DNA from: Heterodontus francisci
Taxonomy: Eukaryota
Length of the DNA stretch: 64,000 nt
Direction: 5' to 3'
NCBI RefSeq assembly: GCF_036365525.1
Contig: NC_090404.1
Location: 6,386,001 to 6,450,000 of the forward strand
Each line of letters begins with the position of its first letter. Position 1 is the stretch's first letter. Positions 13,281 to 25,239 of this stretch are shown piece by piece. The notes under the pieces were generated by a model. It did not search any database. It worked only from the letters and a program-made list of their open reading frames with translations, and had not been told where the DNA came from. The translations under genes and the position numbers were made by a program.

Positions 13281-15190
13281 GTGGTCACAAAGCTTAATTC
13301 TTTCCAATCAGAAAAGCGTTAGTTCACCGTTTCCTTCTGCTTCCTATACCTTGGCAGGTTACCACCATCCCTTTAATCCATGCACTTCTATTTTCCGAAT
13401 GTTCTCTTATGTATTATGTTTTCTAATGCCATTTGAAAGCTCATATGTCCAACTTTTGCGCCACCATCATCGACAATCTCTCGGTGAGCGAGCTTTCAAT
13501 ATCCGACCAATAAGCCTCAAGTGTTTGCATTATCCACAGAAACCAGAGATGAGAGTTGACTATGTCAGCAATAAACACTTCATTATTTTTTGTCCTTCCT
13601 TGCATGGAACCCAATGATATTCACTCGATGTATAATGTGTAAGTGATGTCAATATCAGATATTTATAGAAGAAACCTGTCCTGATGTTCACATTATGGTC
13701 GGTGCAAGCAGCAAGAAGATAGGAATATGGGATTAGTGTAGGATTAGTGTAAACGGGTGGTCGATGGTCGGCACAGACTCGGTGGGCCGAAGGGCCTGTT
13801 TCAGTGCTGTATCTCTAAACTAAACTAAAAAAGAGGTGTCTGTAACGACACAGTCAGCAACACCAGTTCTCACTGGTGAGAGATGTCAAGATATTTGCAA
13901 AATTGACTGGAACATTTGCAGAACATCAATCCAAATGTCTGATCTTTAGGAATCGGATTTGATTCGGATTATTAAAGTATTTAGAGGTAGAAACAAACTC
14001 GGGAGAGATCCATTCAGTAAAATAAGATAGAATACCAATCACAATCCTCAAGTACTGAGAAGGAAAGTGATAGCATAGAGTCAGTGCCGAGTCATCGGAA
14101 GCTTTACTTCCAGAAACTAGGTTGTGTAAAAACTCCTCTCTGAGATCTGTGTCCTAAAAGATTCTGTCCACATTTTAAAGAAAACTTCAACTATTTATTG
14201 TAAAAGATCTTTATTGTCGAGGGGACGTAGAAGTTGAAAATGAAGTCTGGTAGAGGTGTTTTGAATAATGAATGGTTTTATACAGAAATACAGAAACCAA
14301 TTTCCCCAGATCAATGAGTTGGTCTGTAGAGGGCACTGATTTAAAATCAGCATCAAAAGAATGAAGGAAGAGGGTATGAATCTACTTTTCTACACAGGGG
14401 GTTGTTAGGATCTGGGATGTCCTATCAGAAAGAGGGTTGTAAACAGAATCTAAAATAGCTGGATAAAATGGAATTTTTGAAAAGAAGATTAGGAGTTGGA
14501 AATCTGTGGGATCGCTGGAGTGATCTTTCACAGGCCTGATGGACCGAATGGCCTCCTTCACTGCTATCATTTCCATTATTTTACAGTCTGGGGACATTAA
14601 TAACCCAAAGAAGCTCAAATGCCACTGTAGGTTTTTATTGGAAAATAGTTGAATTACTTTGCCCGATAGTCAGGTTTCAAGTTCGAAGCTCATTTTAAAG
14701 CACGCATTGCGATGGCACTTTGTAAAATTAGTCACTATTTTTTAGGGGAATTGTGTTGGGGAAGAGATGGAGGGGTGGGGAAACACAGCAGTCTATTTGC
14801 AGAGAGCAAATTTCCAAAAACTGCAATTAATAAAAGTCGAGTGTTCTTTTTTGGACAAAAGGATGCTGGTTTTGGAATAAATACTGACCGAAATGGTGGG
14901 AAATTTCTACTTCCAGTTTAATCCAATGAAAGATACTTTATTGAGATGACTTCAAAAGGCTCTTCATTTTGTAATGTGACAGGTCCTGAAAGAGAGGTGT
15001 GTTCCTGACCAGGGGACCCGACAGGTGATGATCAGCAAATTATGGAAATGCTAGAAACTCAAATGCGGATGAAGGTTTTAAGCAGAAAATATTGGAATCA
15101 GTTTCTAGCTGGAGTTAAATTCCGAGTTGTCTGGTTATTTAATAAGCATGAATCACAGTCTAACTTGTTCAATCTGCCATTCTTTCCCAG

Positions 15191-15487
15191 CGACACCGTC
15201 TCCCCCAACCCTTTATGGCCTGTGCTCCTGTGAACAACCCAACTCCGGCGGCTCCGTGGCCTACGGCTGTTTGGCGATGGACTACATCCCCGAAATCACC
15301 AGCGTTTCCTGGAAGAAAGATCAAGAGCTAATCACCACTGGATTAAAGACTTACCCGTCAGTGCTGAACAAGAAGGGAACCTACACCCTGAGCAGCCAGT
15401 TAACCATCACCGAGTCAGAGGTGGGAAGCAGCAAAATCTACTGCGAGGTTCGACGTGGAGAGTCAGTCTGGATCAAAGAAATTCCAG
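15191..15487 (+). CDS. IGHM: IgM CH1 exon
   Basis: TTTCCCAG acceptor; (A)[15 protein letters not shown]...GCLAMDY...VSWKK...[17 protein letters not shown]; G|GTTAGT donor; 297 nt, phase 1/1. Confidence 0.95.
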
Positions 15488-15597
15488 GTTAGTGTTGTGA
15501 AAACTGTGAAAAACAGAAAAGCTATCGTTATCTTGTGTATAGCTTTGGCTATATCACATTTAGAGTACAGTGCACAGTTCTGAAACCTGGGAACCCC

Positions 15598-15962
15598 AGT
15601 TAGTTTAGTTTATGTTTAGTTTAGAGATACAGCACTGAAACAGGCCCTTCGGCCCACCGAGTCTGTGCCGACCATCAACCACCCGTTTACACTAATCCTA
15701 CACTAATCCCATATTCCTATCACATCCCCACCTATCCCTATATATTTCCCTACCACCTACCTATACGAGGGGCAATTTCTAATGGCCAATTTACCTATCA
15801 ACCTGCAAGTCTTTGGCATGTGGGAGGAAACCGGAGCACCCGGAGGAAACCCACGCAGACACAGGGAGAACTTGCAAACTCCACACAGGCAGTACCCGGA
15901 ATTGAACCCGGGTCGCTGGAGCTGTGAGGCTGCGGTGCTAACCACTGCGCCACTGTGCCACC
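15598..15962 (-). mobile_element. HE1-type V-SINE, full length
   Basis: tRNA-derived head GGCACAGTGGCGCAGTGGTTAGCAC...GGTTCAATTCC, V-domain core, CR1-like 3' tail GGGCCGAAGGGCCTGTTTCAGTGCTGTATCTCT(AAACT)n. Confidence 0.9.
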
Positions 15963-16060
15963 CCGTGTCTGCTTGACAGCAAAGAACCTGTTAAAATATA
16001 AGGACAGTTTGCATTCGTTGTTACTTTCTTCTAGAAATGTCTAGCATGTTTTTCTTGAAG

Positions 16061-16378
16061 ATTGTCAAGGTGACATCGTCCATCCAACTGTTACCCTCAC
16101 CCAGATTTCCAGTGAAGAAATCAGAAGCAGCAGATTTGCAACTGTCGTGTGTTCAATCATCGATTTCCATCCAGAGTCATTAACCGTGAGTTGGTTGAAG
16201 GATGGACAACCCATGGATTCGGGCTTCGTCACCTCTGCCGCTTGTGAGGTGAACGGGAACTTCTCGGCGACCAGTCGGCTGACAGTCCCCGCTGGGGAAT
16301 GGTTCAACAACACGGTCTATACCTGCCAGGTCTCCCATCAAGGGGTCACCCAAAGCCGAAACATCACCGGATCTCAGG
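16061..16378 (+). CDS. IGHM: IgM CH2 exon
   Basis: TTCTTGAAG acceptor; (D)[10 protein letters not shown]...[20 protein letters not shown]...[20 protein letters not shown]; G|GTAAGA donor; 318 nt. Confidence 0.95.
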
Positions 16379-16729
16379 GTAAGAGATGCAATCCCACGTC
16401 GCTCCAGATCATACAGTGCTCCGACGATAACCAAATTCAAAGATTTATTTGAATTAGTACAAAGCACTGAATATTTTTCCAATTTGCCATCGTGCAGTTG
16501 TATGCCTCATTCCACTGTGAGTGCTGAATTAGGATTGCTCACGGTTCAACATGTCATCACATCACCAAAGAATGTTTCCCTCTTCTGTGATGTCATATAG
16601 CGAGTGAGGTGGCCTTGATATCAGGTTGATCCTGAGTTGGCCGATCATATTCGGAGCGGCAATAGGTGTCTGGAACACTTCACTGTTCACAACCTCGGGA
16701 TCGGTTGCCAGAAAGAGCATCTTCTCTAT

Positions 16730-18880
16730 TTAGAAAACTGTGTTCAATTCTGGACTCATGAGCTCAAGAAGAACATATTGGCAGTGGGAGTGATGCAACA
16801 CAAATTGATTAGAATTATAACGTGACTGAACGGGTTAAATTAAGAGGACAGGTTTCACAGGCCAAACTGGTATTCCTTTGTGTATAGAAGATTGAAGGGT
16901 GTTTAAGATGTTTCCTGGAATTAATGGAATCGATGGAGAAAATATTTCCTCTGTCGGTGGTCTCCAGAACAAGGGTGCATAACCTTCAAATTAGACCAAG
17001 ATTACTCGGGGATGAAGTCAGGAAAGCTATTCACACAGTGGGTAGTGGAAATCTGGAATTCTCTCCCTCAACTCACTCTTGAAGTTTGGCATGAATTGAA
17101 AATTTTCATGTTGAAATTGATAAATTGAAGTGAGGCAGGGGTATTAAGAGATACATAGGGGCCGGGTGAATTACATCCCAGGTTGTTAAAGGAGGCCAGG
17201 GAGGAAATAACGGATGCGCTGAGGATCATTTTCAACTCCTCACTAGAGACAGGAGAGGTGCCATACGATTAGATGTCTGGGAACATTGTACAATTTTTCA
17301 AAAAGGGTGTGAGGGATGTTCCAAATAATTATAGGTCGGTCAGTCTGACCACGGTGGTGGGTCAATTGTTAGAAGATGTACTGAGGAGCAGGAGAAACTG
17401 CCACTTAGAAAGACACAGATTAATTAGGGATAGTCAGCATGGATGTTTTAAGGGAAGGGCATGTCTTTCTAACTTAATTGAGTTTTTTGAGGAAGTAACA
17501 AGAAAGATTGATGAGGGTAATGCAGTAGATCTGGTCTACATGGACTTTAGTAAGGTATTTGACAAGGTCCCACATGGCAGACTGCTCAGTAAAATGAAAG
17601 CCCGTGGGATGCAGGGGAATATGTCAGGTTGGATCCAGAATTGTCTCAGAGCCAGTAAACAAAGGGTATTGACCGACGGATGCTTTTGTGAATGGAAAGC
17701 TGTTTCCAGTGGTGTTCCACAGGGTTCAGTTGTGGGTCCCTTCCTGTTCGTGACATGTATTCATGATTTGGACTTAACTGTGGGAGGCATTATTGGGAAA
17801 TTTTCTGCTGACACAAAAATTGCCCATGTCGTTGATAGTGAAGAGGATAGCTGTAGACTGCAAAATTGTATGAACGGTTCAATTGAGTGGACAGAAAAGT
17901 GGCAGATGGCATTCAATCCAGAAAAGTGTGAGGTAATGCATTTGGGGAGGGCAAATAAAGCAAGGGAGTACACAATAAACGGGAGGATATTGAGAGGGGT
18001 AGAAAAAGTGAGAGACCTTGGAGTACATATCCATAGGTTCCAGAAGGTGGCAGGACAGGTAGATAGAGTGGTGAAGAAGGCACATGGAATACTTTCCTTT
18101 ATTGGCCGAGATATGAAAATCAAATACAGGGATGTAATTCTTGAACTGTATAAAATACTGGTTAGGCCACAGTTGGAATATTGCGTGCAGTTCTGGTGAC
18201 CACATTACAGAAAGGACATAATTGCTCTGGAGTGAGTACAGAGGAGATTTACAAGAATGTTGTCAGGGCTCGAAAGTTGCAGCTATGAGGAAAGGTTGGA
18301 TAGGCTAGGGTTGTTTTCCTTAGAACGGAGGAGGCTGAGGGGTGGCTTAATAGAGGAGTCATAGAGATATATTGCACAGAAACGGTCCATTCGGCCCATC
18401 GTATCTGTGCCGGCCATCACGCACCTAACTATTCTAATCCCATTTTCCAACGTTTGGTCCGCAGCCTTGTACAAAATTATGAAGGGTCCAGATAGAGTAG
18501 ACAGGAAGGACCTGTTTCGCCTAGTGGAGAGGTCAATTATCAGGGGAACACAGATTTAAGTCGATTTCTAGAAGGTTTCGAAGGGAGATGAAGAAAAACG
18601 TTTTCACGCAGAGGGTGGTGGGTGTCTGGAATTCAGTACCAGGAACGGTGGTGGAGGCACAGACCTTCAATTTGTTCAAAAGGTATCTGGACATGCATCT
18701 GAAGTGCTGTCATCGGCAAGGCTATGGACCAAACCCTGGAAGGTGGGATTAGCTTGGCCTCCTTCTAAGCAGTAATTTTTCTATGGTTCTATGGTAGACT
18801 GTATTAAGATACAGATGAGCCATTGTCTACTGATTGGCAGAACAGGCTCGAGGGGCTGAATGGCCAACTCTTTTTCCTTT
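16730..18880 (+). mobile_element. Nested CR1 fragments in CH2-CH3 intron
   Basis: RT ORF 17273-18199 (YMDFSKVFDKVPH, GVPQGSV) inserted into an older CR1 3' end. Confidence 0.9.
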
Positions 18881-19154
18881 GGCTTTATGATTGCCCTCTG
18901 GTCAGATCGCCCTCTGTCGCCTACTTGCTTCAAAGTCCATTACAGGCTTCTTAGGGTGCAAGCACACAGTATATGTTATAGAATCTCCCGGAAGCTTTTC
19001 AGGTTGTTGTCCTTCCAATAAGTGATATTATTTAAGCAACAGTTTGAGGTCGATATCTCGAAGTTGATTTATTCTCCTCGAGACAGTGAAGGCTGAATAT
19101 TGGTGTCTGATTCTGAAGATGAATCTTTGTTTGACTTTCATATCTGTTTTACAG

Positions 19155-19463
19155 TTCCTTGTTCCTGCAATGATCCAGTAATTAAACTACTGCCACCATC
19201 AATAGAACAGGTCTTACTGGAGGCGACGGTGACCTTAACCTGCGTCGTGTCTAATGCTCCTTATGGCGTCAACGTGTCCTGGACCCAAGAAAAGAAGCCT
19301 TTGAAATCAAAGATTGCCGTGCAACCCGGAGAGGATCCCGACAGCGTGATCAGCACCGTAAACATCTCGACGCAAGACTGGCTGAGTGGGGCTGAGTTCT
19401 ACTGTGTGGTGAGCCATCAGGATCTGCCGACTCCTCTCAGAGATTCCATCCACAAGGAAAAAG
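19155..19463 (+). CDS. IGHM: IgM CH3 exon
   Basis: TTTTACAG acceptor; (V)[31 protein letters not shown]...VSW...[22 protein letters not shown]; G|GTGAGC donor; 309 nt. Confidence 0.95.
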
Positions 19464-19948
19464 GTGAGCAGTGAGATTGAAGCAGTAAGTGCGAGGTTGT
19501 GTTTATTTCCGGTGTTTGTGCAAGGCCCAATTCAACCTATTAAATGGTTGAATGGATTACTCTGATAATTTAATTGTAATTCACTAACGAACCTCTCTGG
19601 AACCATCGGTGATGCATTTAAGGGGATGCTAGATAGGTAGATGATGGAGAAAGGAATAGAAGGAGATGTAGTAAGGTGGGAGGAGGTTCGTGTGCAGCAT
19701 AAACACCAGCAGAGGCTCGTTGGGCCAAATGGCCTGTTCCTGTGTTGTAAATGCTATGTAATTTTCCATTCCGATCCTTTTAAGTTCTCAGAGAGGGGGA
19801 TTGCACCCGCCTCTGCTCCGGGTTGGAAAAGAGGCCAGGCCCCAGAGGGGAAAAGGAAAACCTTTAAAATTTCTCTCACATCTAACCCCCGGTTTCATTG
19901 TATCTGGGATTCTCCATTTTATTGATATTTATTTTACTTTTTCTGCAG

Positions 19949-20337
19949 TTAAAGATATTCGAGAACCGTCCGTGTCTGTCCTCCTGCCCCCGGCAGAAGA
20001 TGTCTCCGCTCAGAGGTTCCTCTACCTCACCTGCTTAGTGAGAGGTTTCTCCCCCCGAGAGATCTTCGTCAAGTGGACCATCAATGACAAGTCGGTGAAT
20101 CCCGGAAACTACAAGAACACCGAGGTGATGGCGGAGAACGACAATAGCTCCTTCTTCATCTACAGCCTGTTATCCATTGCAGCGGAGGAGTGGGCCAGCG
20201 GCGCTTCTTACTCCTGTGTGGTGGGACATGAAGTGATCCCCTTGAAGATCATCAACAGAACAGTTAATAAATCCAGTGGTAAACCGAGTTTTGTGAACAT
20301 TTCCCTTGCACTGTTGGACACTGTCAATTTATGTTAA
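19949..20337 (+). CDS. IGHM: IgM CH4 exon plus secretory tailpiece (internal membrane-form donor after 20278)
   Basis: TTCTGCAG acceptor; (V)[14 protein letters not shown]...[17 protein letters not shown]...YSCVVGHE...[26 protein letters not shown]; G|GTAAAC donor at 20279. Spliced secreted ORF is 1734 nt (577 aa). Confidence 0.95.
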
Positions 20338-20378
20338 TGAGAATCTCTCGATTGCATTTTAATTCTTACATAAAAATC

Positions 20379-20477
20379 AATAAAGATCTTTTCTTTCAAT
20401 CACGATTTAAATACACAACCGCTCAATTAATTTTGCTTACCACATTTTCTAAGTGTAGCTCTATTGACTTAAATAAA
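20379..20477 (+). terminator. Secretory-form polyadenylation signals
   Basis: AATAAA at 20379-20384 and 20472-20477, just after the tailpiece stop. Confidence 0.75.
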
Positions 20478-20819
20478 GATTTTGCTGGTCTTGGGCCCAA
20501 GTCTTGCAGAACCGTGCTCCCAGCTCAGATACACCACAGATTGTTGACAAAGAAAAGATGATTCGTTACAGGATTCTGCAGCTTTGCTGCCTTCTATTGG
20601 GAGAGGTCGGGGTGCAGGCGGGGGGTGGGGAGGGGGGAGGTTTCGCTGGAGTTGTGGAATGTGAAATGTTCTTTTTTCTAACAAATGCAGTGCATTTAGA
20701 GGTCGCTGTTCCTTCTTCTCGTGTTTTCCATCCCTTCAGAATTTGTGTCAGTTTTAAGTTGCAGCATCGCACCCACTAGGAGCTGAAATGAGGGCCACAC
20801 ACGAATACAAACTATACCG

Positions 20820-21050
20820 AAAATCCCCCACCAGAAAGAGGGGAAAGGGCAATTTATCACCCACTGTATCACCACTTCCTAAACAGAGACACGAAAAGGA
20901 CAATTGTTAATCCACTGTAACTCCACTTCTCCAATAGAGAGAGGGCAAAGACATTTGTCAATCGACTGCAATCCCTTCCTGGAATTCCTCCAACAGATAT
21001 AGCAGCAAGGGCATTTGTAACCCACTATATTCCCACTCCCCCGGCAGAGG
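20820..21050. repeat. Degenerate minisatellite of about 52 bp, about 4 units
   Basis: Recurrent CAGAGA...AAGG-CA-TTGT-A-CCACTGTA--CCACTTC. Confidence 0.65.
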
Positions 21051-21454
21051 TTTGGATGGCAACTGCTCTCTAATACATAGGCTCAATTGCTTTTAGTGCA
21101 ACGTCAGCTTCCAGCTCACTGTGCGAAGATTTTAAACTTTCTACACGAAAATCATATTGTAAACTACACATGTGTGCAACATATTCTCTTTAAAGGTTCC
21201 CCTGTTAACCTTATTCGAAGAGATTGAATTCTAATAGTCCAAATCTAACTGGTGATAGAATCCTCCTCTATATTCTTTTACTCTTGTGTTCCTGACGATT
21301 CCGAGGTCCTTCAGTTGCATTCAGCTGATGTCATATTCCATCTCGCACAGAATACATTTATACACAGAACGGCGAAGAATATTCTCTACAACACACACGG
21401 TCAAGGCCAGACCCGGTTATTGGTTCTCTGTGGAACTTTGAAAAAGAACAAAAA

Positions 21455-22310
21455 TGTACAGGCACACGGACACAAACACACACATAAACATGCTCACATG
21501 CACAACCACACACATGCACCTGCATAGACGAACAGAACCAAACACAGATATAAATGCACCCACAGTCAAAGCCACAAACATAAACATAAAAACACACCTA
21601 AGTGCAGTCTCACTTACACAGAAACATAGACCTAAAAACACACACCAGGATTCACATTAATACACACACATGGACGCACATACTCGCACATTAACAGACT
21701 CGTACACGTACTCACAAACACAGAGATAAATAGAGACATGAACACACCCTCACACACAAACAAACACCAACATTAATATACTGCCACACAAACACATGGA
21801 TGCACAAACACGCATATAAACACATACAGTAGCACACATACACATAATCACACATTAACGCACGCAATAATACATTAACGTAGACATCAACGCAAAAATA
21901 CACAAGTTATCACAATTATGTAGGCACATCACACATAAACAGACACATTAACACACCTACGTACACAGTCATTGACACATAAACACACATTAACGTAAAA
22001 GGACCCATAAACACATTCGCCAAAACAGAAGTACAGGTGAATAAGCTGATGGGGACACAAATACACACATTACCAAATATTAACACGCTCATACACACAC
22101 ATGGACAAATAGACACAACACAGCCACAGGCGGTCAATTGAATACACACATCAATGAACATTGGCACACTAACAGACATTAACCTACTTGGACACATACA
22201 CACAGCCATCAAGATATAAACAAACACATTAATACACTCGATTTTGAGTATACAAACAAACAAATAAACACACTCATTCACACTCACACAAACTCACATA
22301 TGGAGACCCA
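21455..22310. repeat. Degenerate (CA)-rich low-complexity tract between CH4 and TM1
   Basis: Seen directly. Confidence 0.9.
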
Positions 22311-22981
22311 AAGACAGAGTAATGCAAAGCAAGAGATACTCACATGCAGATTACTCTAAACCGCACAAACAAAAATGCCAGACTATAGATGAAAGTGGTA
22401 TTCAAATGCACTATTTGAACAGACGCCATCTTTAACATTTTTCCTCATACATGGAGGACCTGCAATCTCAAAGACGCAATGTTTTCACTTAGAAACGGAG
22501 ATAAATTAATGATCTACCGATCACTTTCACCACGAATAAACAAGTAAGATTGGAACACAAGCAAGATTGGAACTCACATCCGATCCCTTACCCAGCAACA
22601 TTGACAATCTCCAAATAAGTAGCTATCAGAACCTATCTTCAAAATAATTGTTATCGATCGGTAAACCTCCCTCTATATCTCACCATGATAATCCCTAATG
22701 ATAGAACAACATCGATCTAAACTAAAATAGCGCCTGACACTGAAGAAAAAAAATGACGTATTTTCCAACACGGCCTGGGCGAGGTTCATAAGGCAAGAAT
22801 GCTGAGGAGTTAGTGACAGAGATAGATTGCTGAACATGATTAACTTATTAGATATGCATTGAAAATTAAATTAAAGAATAAAATAATGGCTGAAGGAAGA
22901 GAACTGCGAATGTAAAATAGCAATCTTATATTTAGGATTAATAAGCGATCTAAATATATTTCCTCCCCTACATCTCCATAG

Positions 22982-23109
22982 ATTCATCAGACCACATCTG
23001 GATTGAAGACAATGAGGAAGAGAGCGGCAACATCTGGACAACCGCTTCCATATTCATCATCCTGTTCTTCCTGAACATTTTCTATAGTGCTGCCGTCACT
23101 CTGGTGAAG
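22982..23109 (+). CDS. IGHM: IgM TM1 exon
   Basis: CCATAG acceptor; (D)SSDHIWIEDNEEESGNIWTTASIFIILFFLNIFYSAAVTLVK; donor GTGGGA at 23110; antigen-receptor TM (CART) motif. Not in the ORF track. Confidence 0.93.
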
Positions 23110-23254
23110 GTGGGAATATTTAATCCACTCACACTTCAATTTGACTGAAGCTGTTTGACAAGTCTCTAAATTTTTCGCAGATTAAAATAAACCTGCGAGA
23201 TGAATTTCCCAGAACACCAAATCTCTGCTTCATTCTTTTATCCCTCTTTTACAG

Positions 23255-23263
23255 GTCAAGTGA
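23255..23263 (+). CDS. IGHM: IgM TM2 exon (VK-stop)
   Basis: TTTTACAG|GTC AAG TGA completes the KVK cytoplasmic tail. Membrane ORF is 1812 nt (603 aa). Confidence 0.9.
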   Translation, partial: VK

Positions 23264-23580
23264 TAGCTTGAATTTCGGCCGCTCAGGATTTTCCTCATTT
23301 TTTAAAACATCTTTGCACTATGAAAAAATTTGCAGTAGTAAAATGCCTTCAATTTATGTTTCCGAATCTGTAGATGAGAAATTCGGAAGCACTGTTTCAG
23401 TTTTTCTGTTTGAAATGTATGATATAATCGTGGTTATAAAGTAAATATATCTTCGAGTTTCTGTTACAGTTTTGTAGACAGCTGGCAACTCGGACTGCAT
23501 GTGTTCTGTTCTCAATGTGTCACGCAGTTGTTATTATTCAGTTTGAACCTTTTTAAAAATGGATTATTTTGAAAATTGTT

Positions 23581-23586
23581 AATAAA
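23581..23586 (+). terminator. Putative membrane-form polyadenylation signal
   Basis: First AATAAA I see after the TM2 stop. Confidence 0.5.
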
Positions 23587-23964
23587 TCTTGAACAGCAAA
23601 TGGAATAAGTTGCACTTTGCTGCCTTCCTTTACCCAAGGCCCATCCACCAGCTCAATTTTTCCTGTTATACGTTTTCCCCATTCCTGACAGCTATTTTTC
23701 ACCAGTCCTCTCTGGGTTGTGTTTAAATGTCCTCCGGTGAAAGCGACGCTGCGCCACGTCCCATCAGAATAAACACACCTTTTCCCCTGCTTGATTATGC
23801 CAATCCCCAGAGACATTATGATCGCAGAGCGACTAGGTTCACCTCACCGCCTTCTCTCATTTTATGGTCTGTCAGAGTCGCACGCCAGGTTACATAAAAG
23901 AGCAGCACTCTGCTCCATCACTGCCTGACATAGAACAGTATATGGAACATATGGTAGATATAGT

Positions 23965-24265
23965 GTATGTTCCATCAAACATTTTCAGGTAAGGCATGGC
24001 ATGGATTAGATACAGAGTAAAACTTCCTCTACATTGTCCCATCAAACACTGCCAGGGCAGGCACGGGTCAGCTTAAATAAAAAGGAAAGCTCCCTCTGCA
24101 CTGTGCCATAAAACACTGCCAAGCAGGTACAGTACGGGGAAGATGCAGATTCAATATCCCTCTACAAAGTCCCATCAACCACTGTGTACGGCACGGGTTA
24201 GATAAAGAGTAATGCTCCCTCTACACTTTCCCACTAATCACTGCCAGGGCAGGTAAAGCACAAGG
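23965..24265. repeat. Satellite of about 65 bp (CTCTACACTGTCCCATCAAACACTCCCAGGGCAGGTACAGCACGGGTTAGATACAGAGTAAAGCTCC-like)
   Basis: About 4-5 units; same repeat at 49865-49991 and 51013-51200. Confidence 0.85.
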
Positions 24266-24759
24266 TGACAGACACGTGGGGAAGCACAAATCCTGAGAAG
24301 CATTCCTAGAGACCGGTGCAAATGCAGCATCGAGCACAAACGCTGGCAATTATTCCAAGAGCCTGGGGTCCATCTGACACGCCAGGGAGCACAAACTAGA
24401 GGACTGATCCCAGAGCTTGAGGCCTATCTCATGCACCAGAGTGATTTACAAAGCCTGAAGCCTAAGTGACAAACAAGGAAGCAAAAGTGGCGGGATGATT
24501 CCCAGAGATTGGGGCCTAAATGACACAGGGGAGAGCATAAACTGTGGTAATGAACACTGCAGTCTGATCCTATCCAATACAGAGACTCTATCTTCACATT
24601 TTCTGTTTTGCACACAAACAGAAACTCTCCACCTGCTCTGTCAGATACAAACACACAATCCAATTTTCTGTTATGCACATGGCGACTCTCTGCCTCCACA
24701 TTTTCTATTATACATGGCACCCCTGACGCTCCGTCACTAGTTTGCCTGCTGACCTTTCT

Positions 24760-25100
24760 CTCTGCTCTGCTCCAATCTCTCTGATACCATCTCCCTAAAT
24801 TCACTGAACATCACCCCAGGGATCCTCTCTCCCTGCCCCAACTCCTCTGGTACCATCTCCCTGAACTCACTGATCAACACCACAGGGATACTCTCTCTCT
24901 GCCCTATTTCCTCTGGTGCCATCTCCATGATTTCACTGAACATCATCCCAGGGATCCTCTCTGCCAGCTAAATTCCGGCTGATGCCTTCTCCCTGACCTT
25001 ACTGATCATCACAGCAGGGATCGTCTCTCCCTGTCAATTCTGTCTCATAACCATCTTCCCGAATTCACCGAACTCACCCCAGGATTCGCCAGTGACCGTC
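24760..25100. repeat. Tandem repeat of about 63-66 bp, 3' of TM2
   Basis: Unit ...ACCATCTCCCTGAACTCACTGA-CATCACCCCAGGGATCCTCTCTCCCTG; homologous array at 46010-46180. Confidence 0.8.
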
Positions 25101-25239
25101 ACACCTTCTCTTCCTGAGGTTTCACTCCATCCCATTCACCATCTCATCAGATTTTTCAGTGTCCCCCAGCCACGGGAACATTTCCAAAGGTTTCTGATTA
25201 GACCCGAGTAACTTCTGACATTTCCATTCTGAAGCAAAA

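Noticed and set aside
21358-22287. Cys/Val- or His/Thr-rich ORFs
   Set aside because: Translations of the (CA)-rich tract.
23965-25100. Regularly spaced repeats resembling a CRISPR array
   Set aside because: Contiguous degenerate satellite units without unique spacers, in vertebrate DNA.
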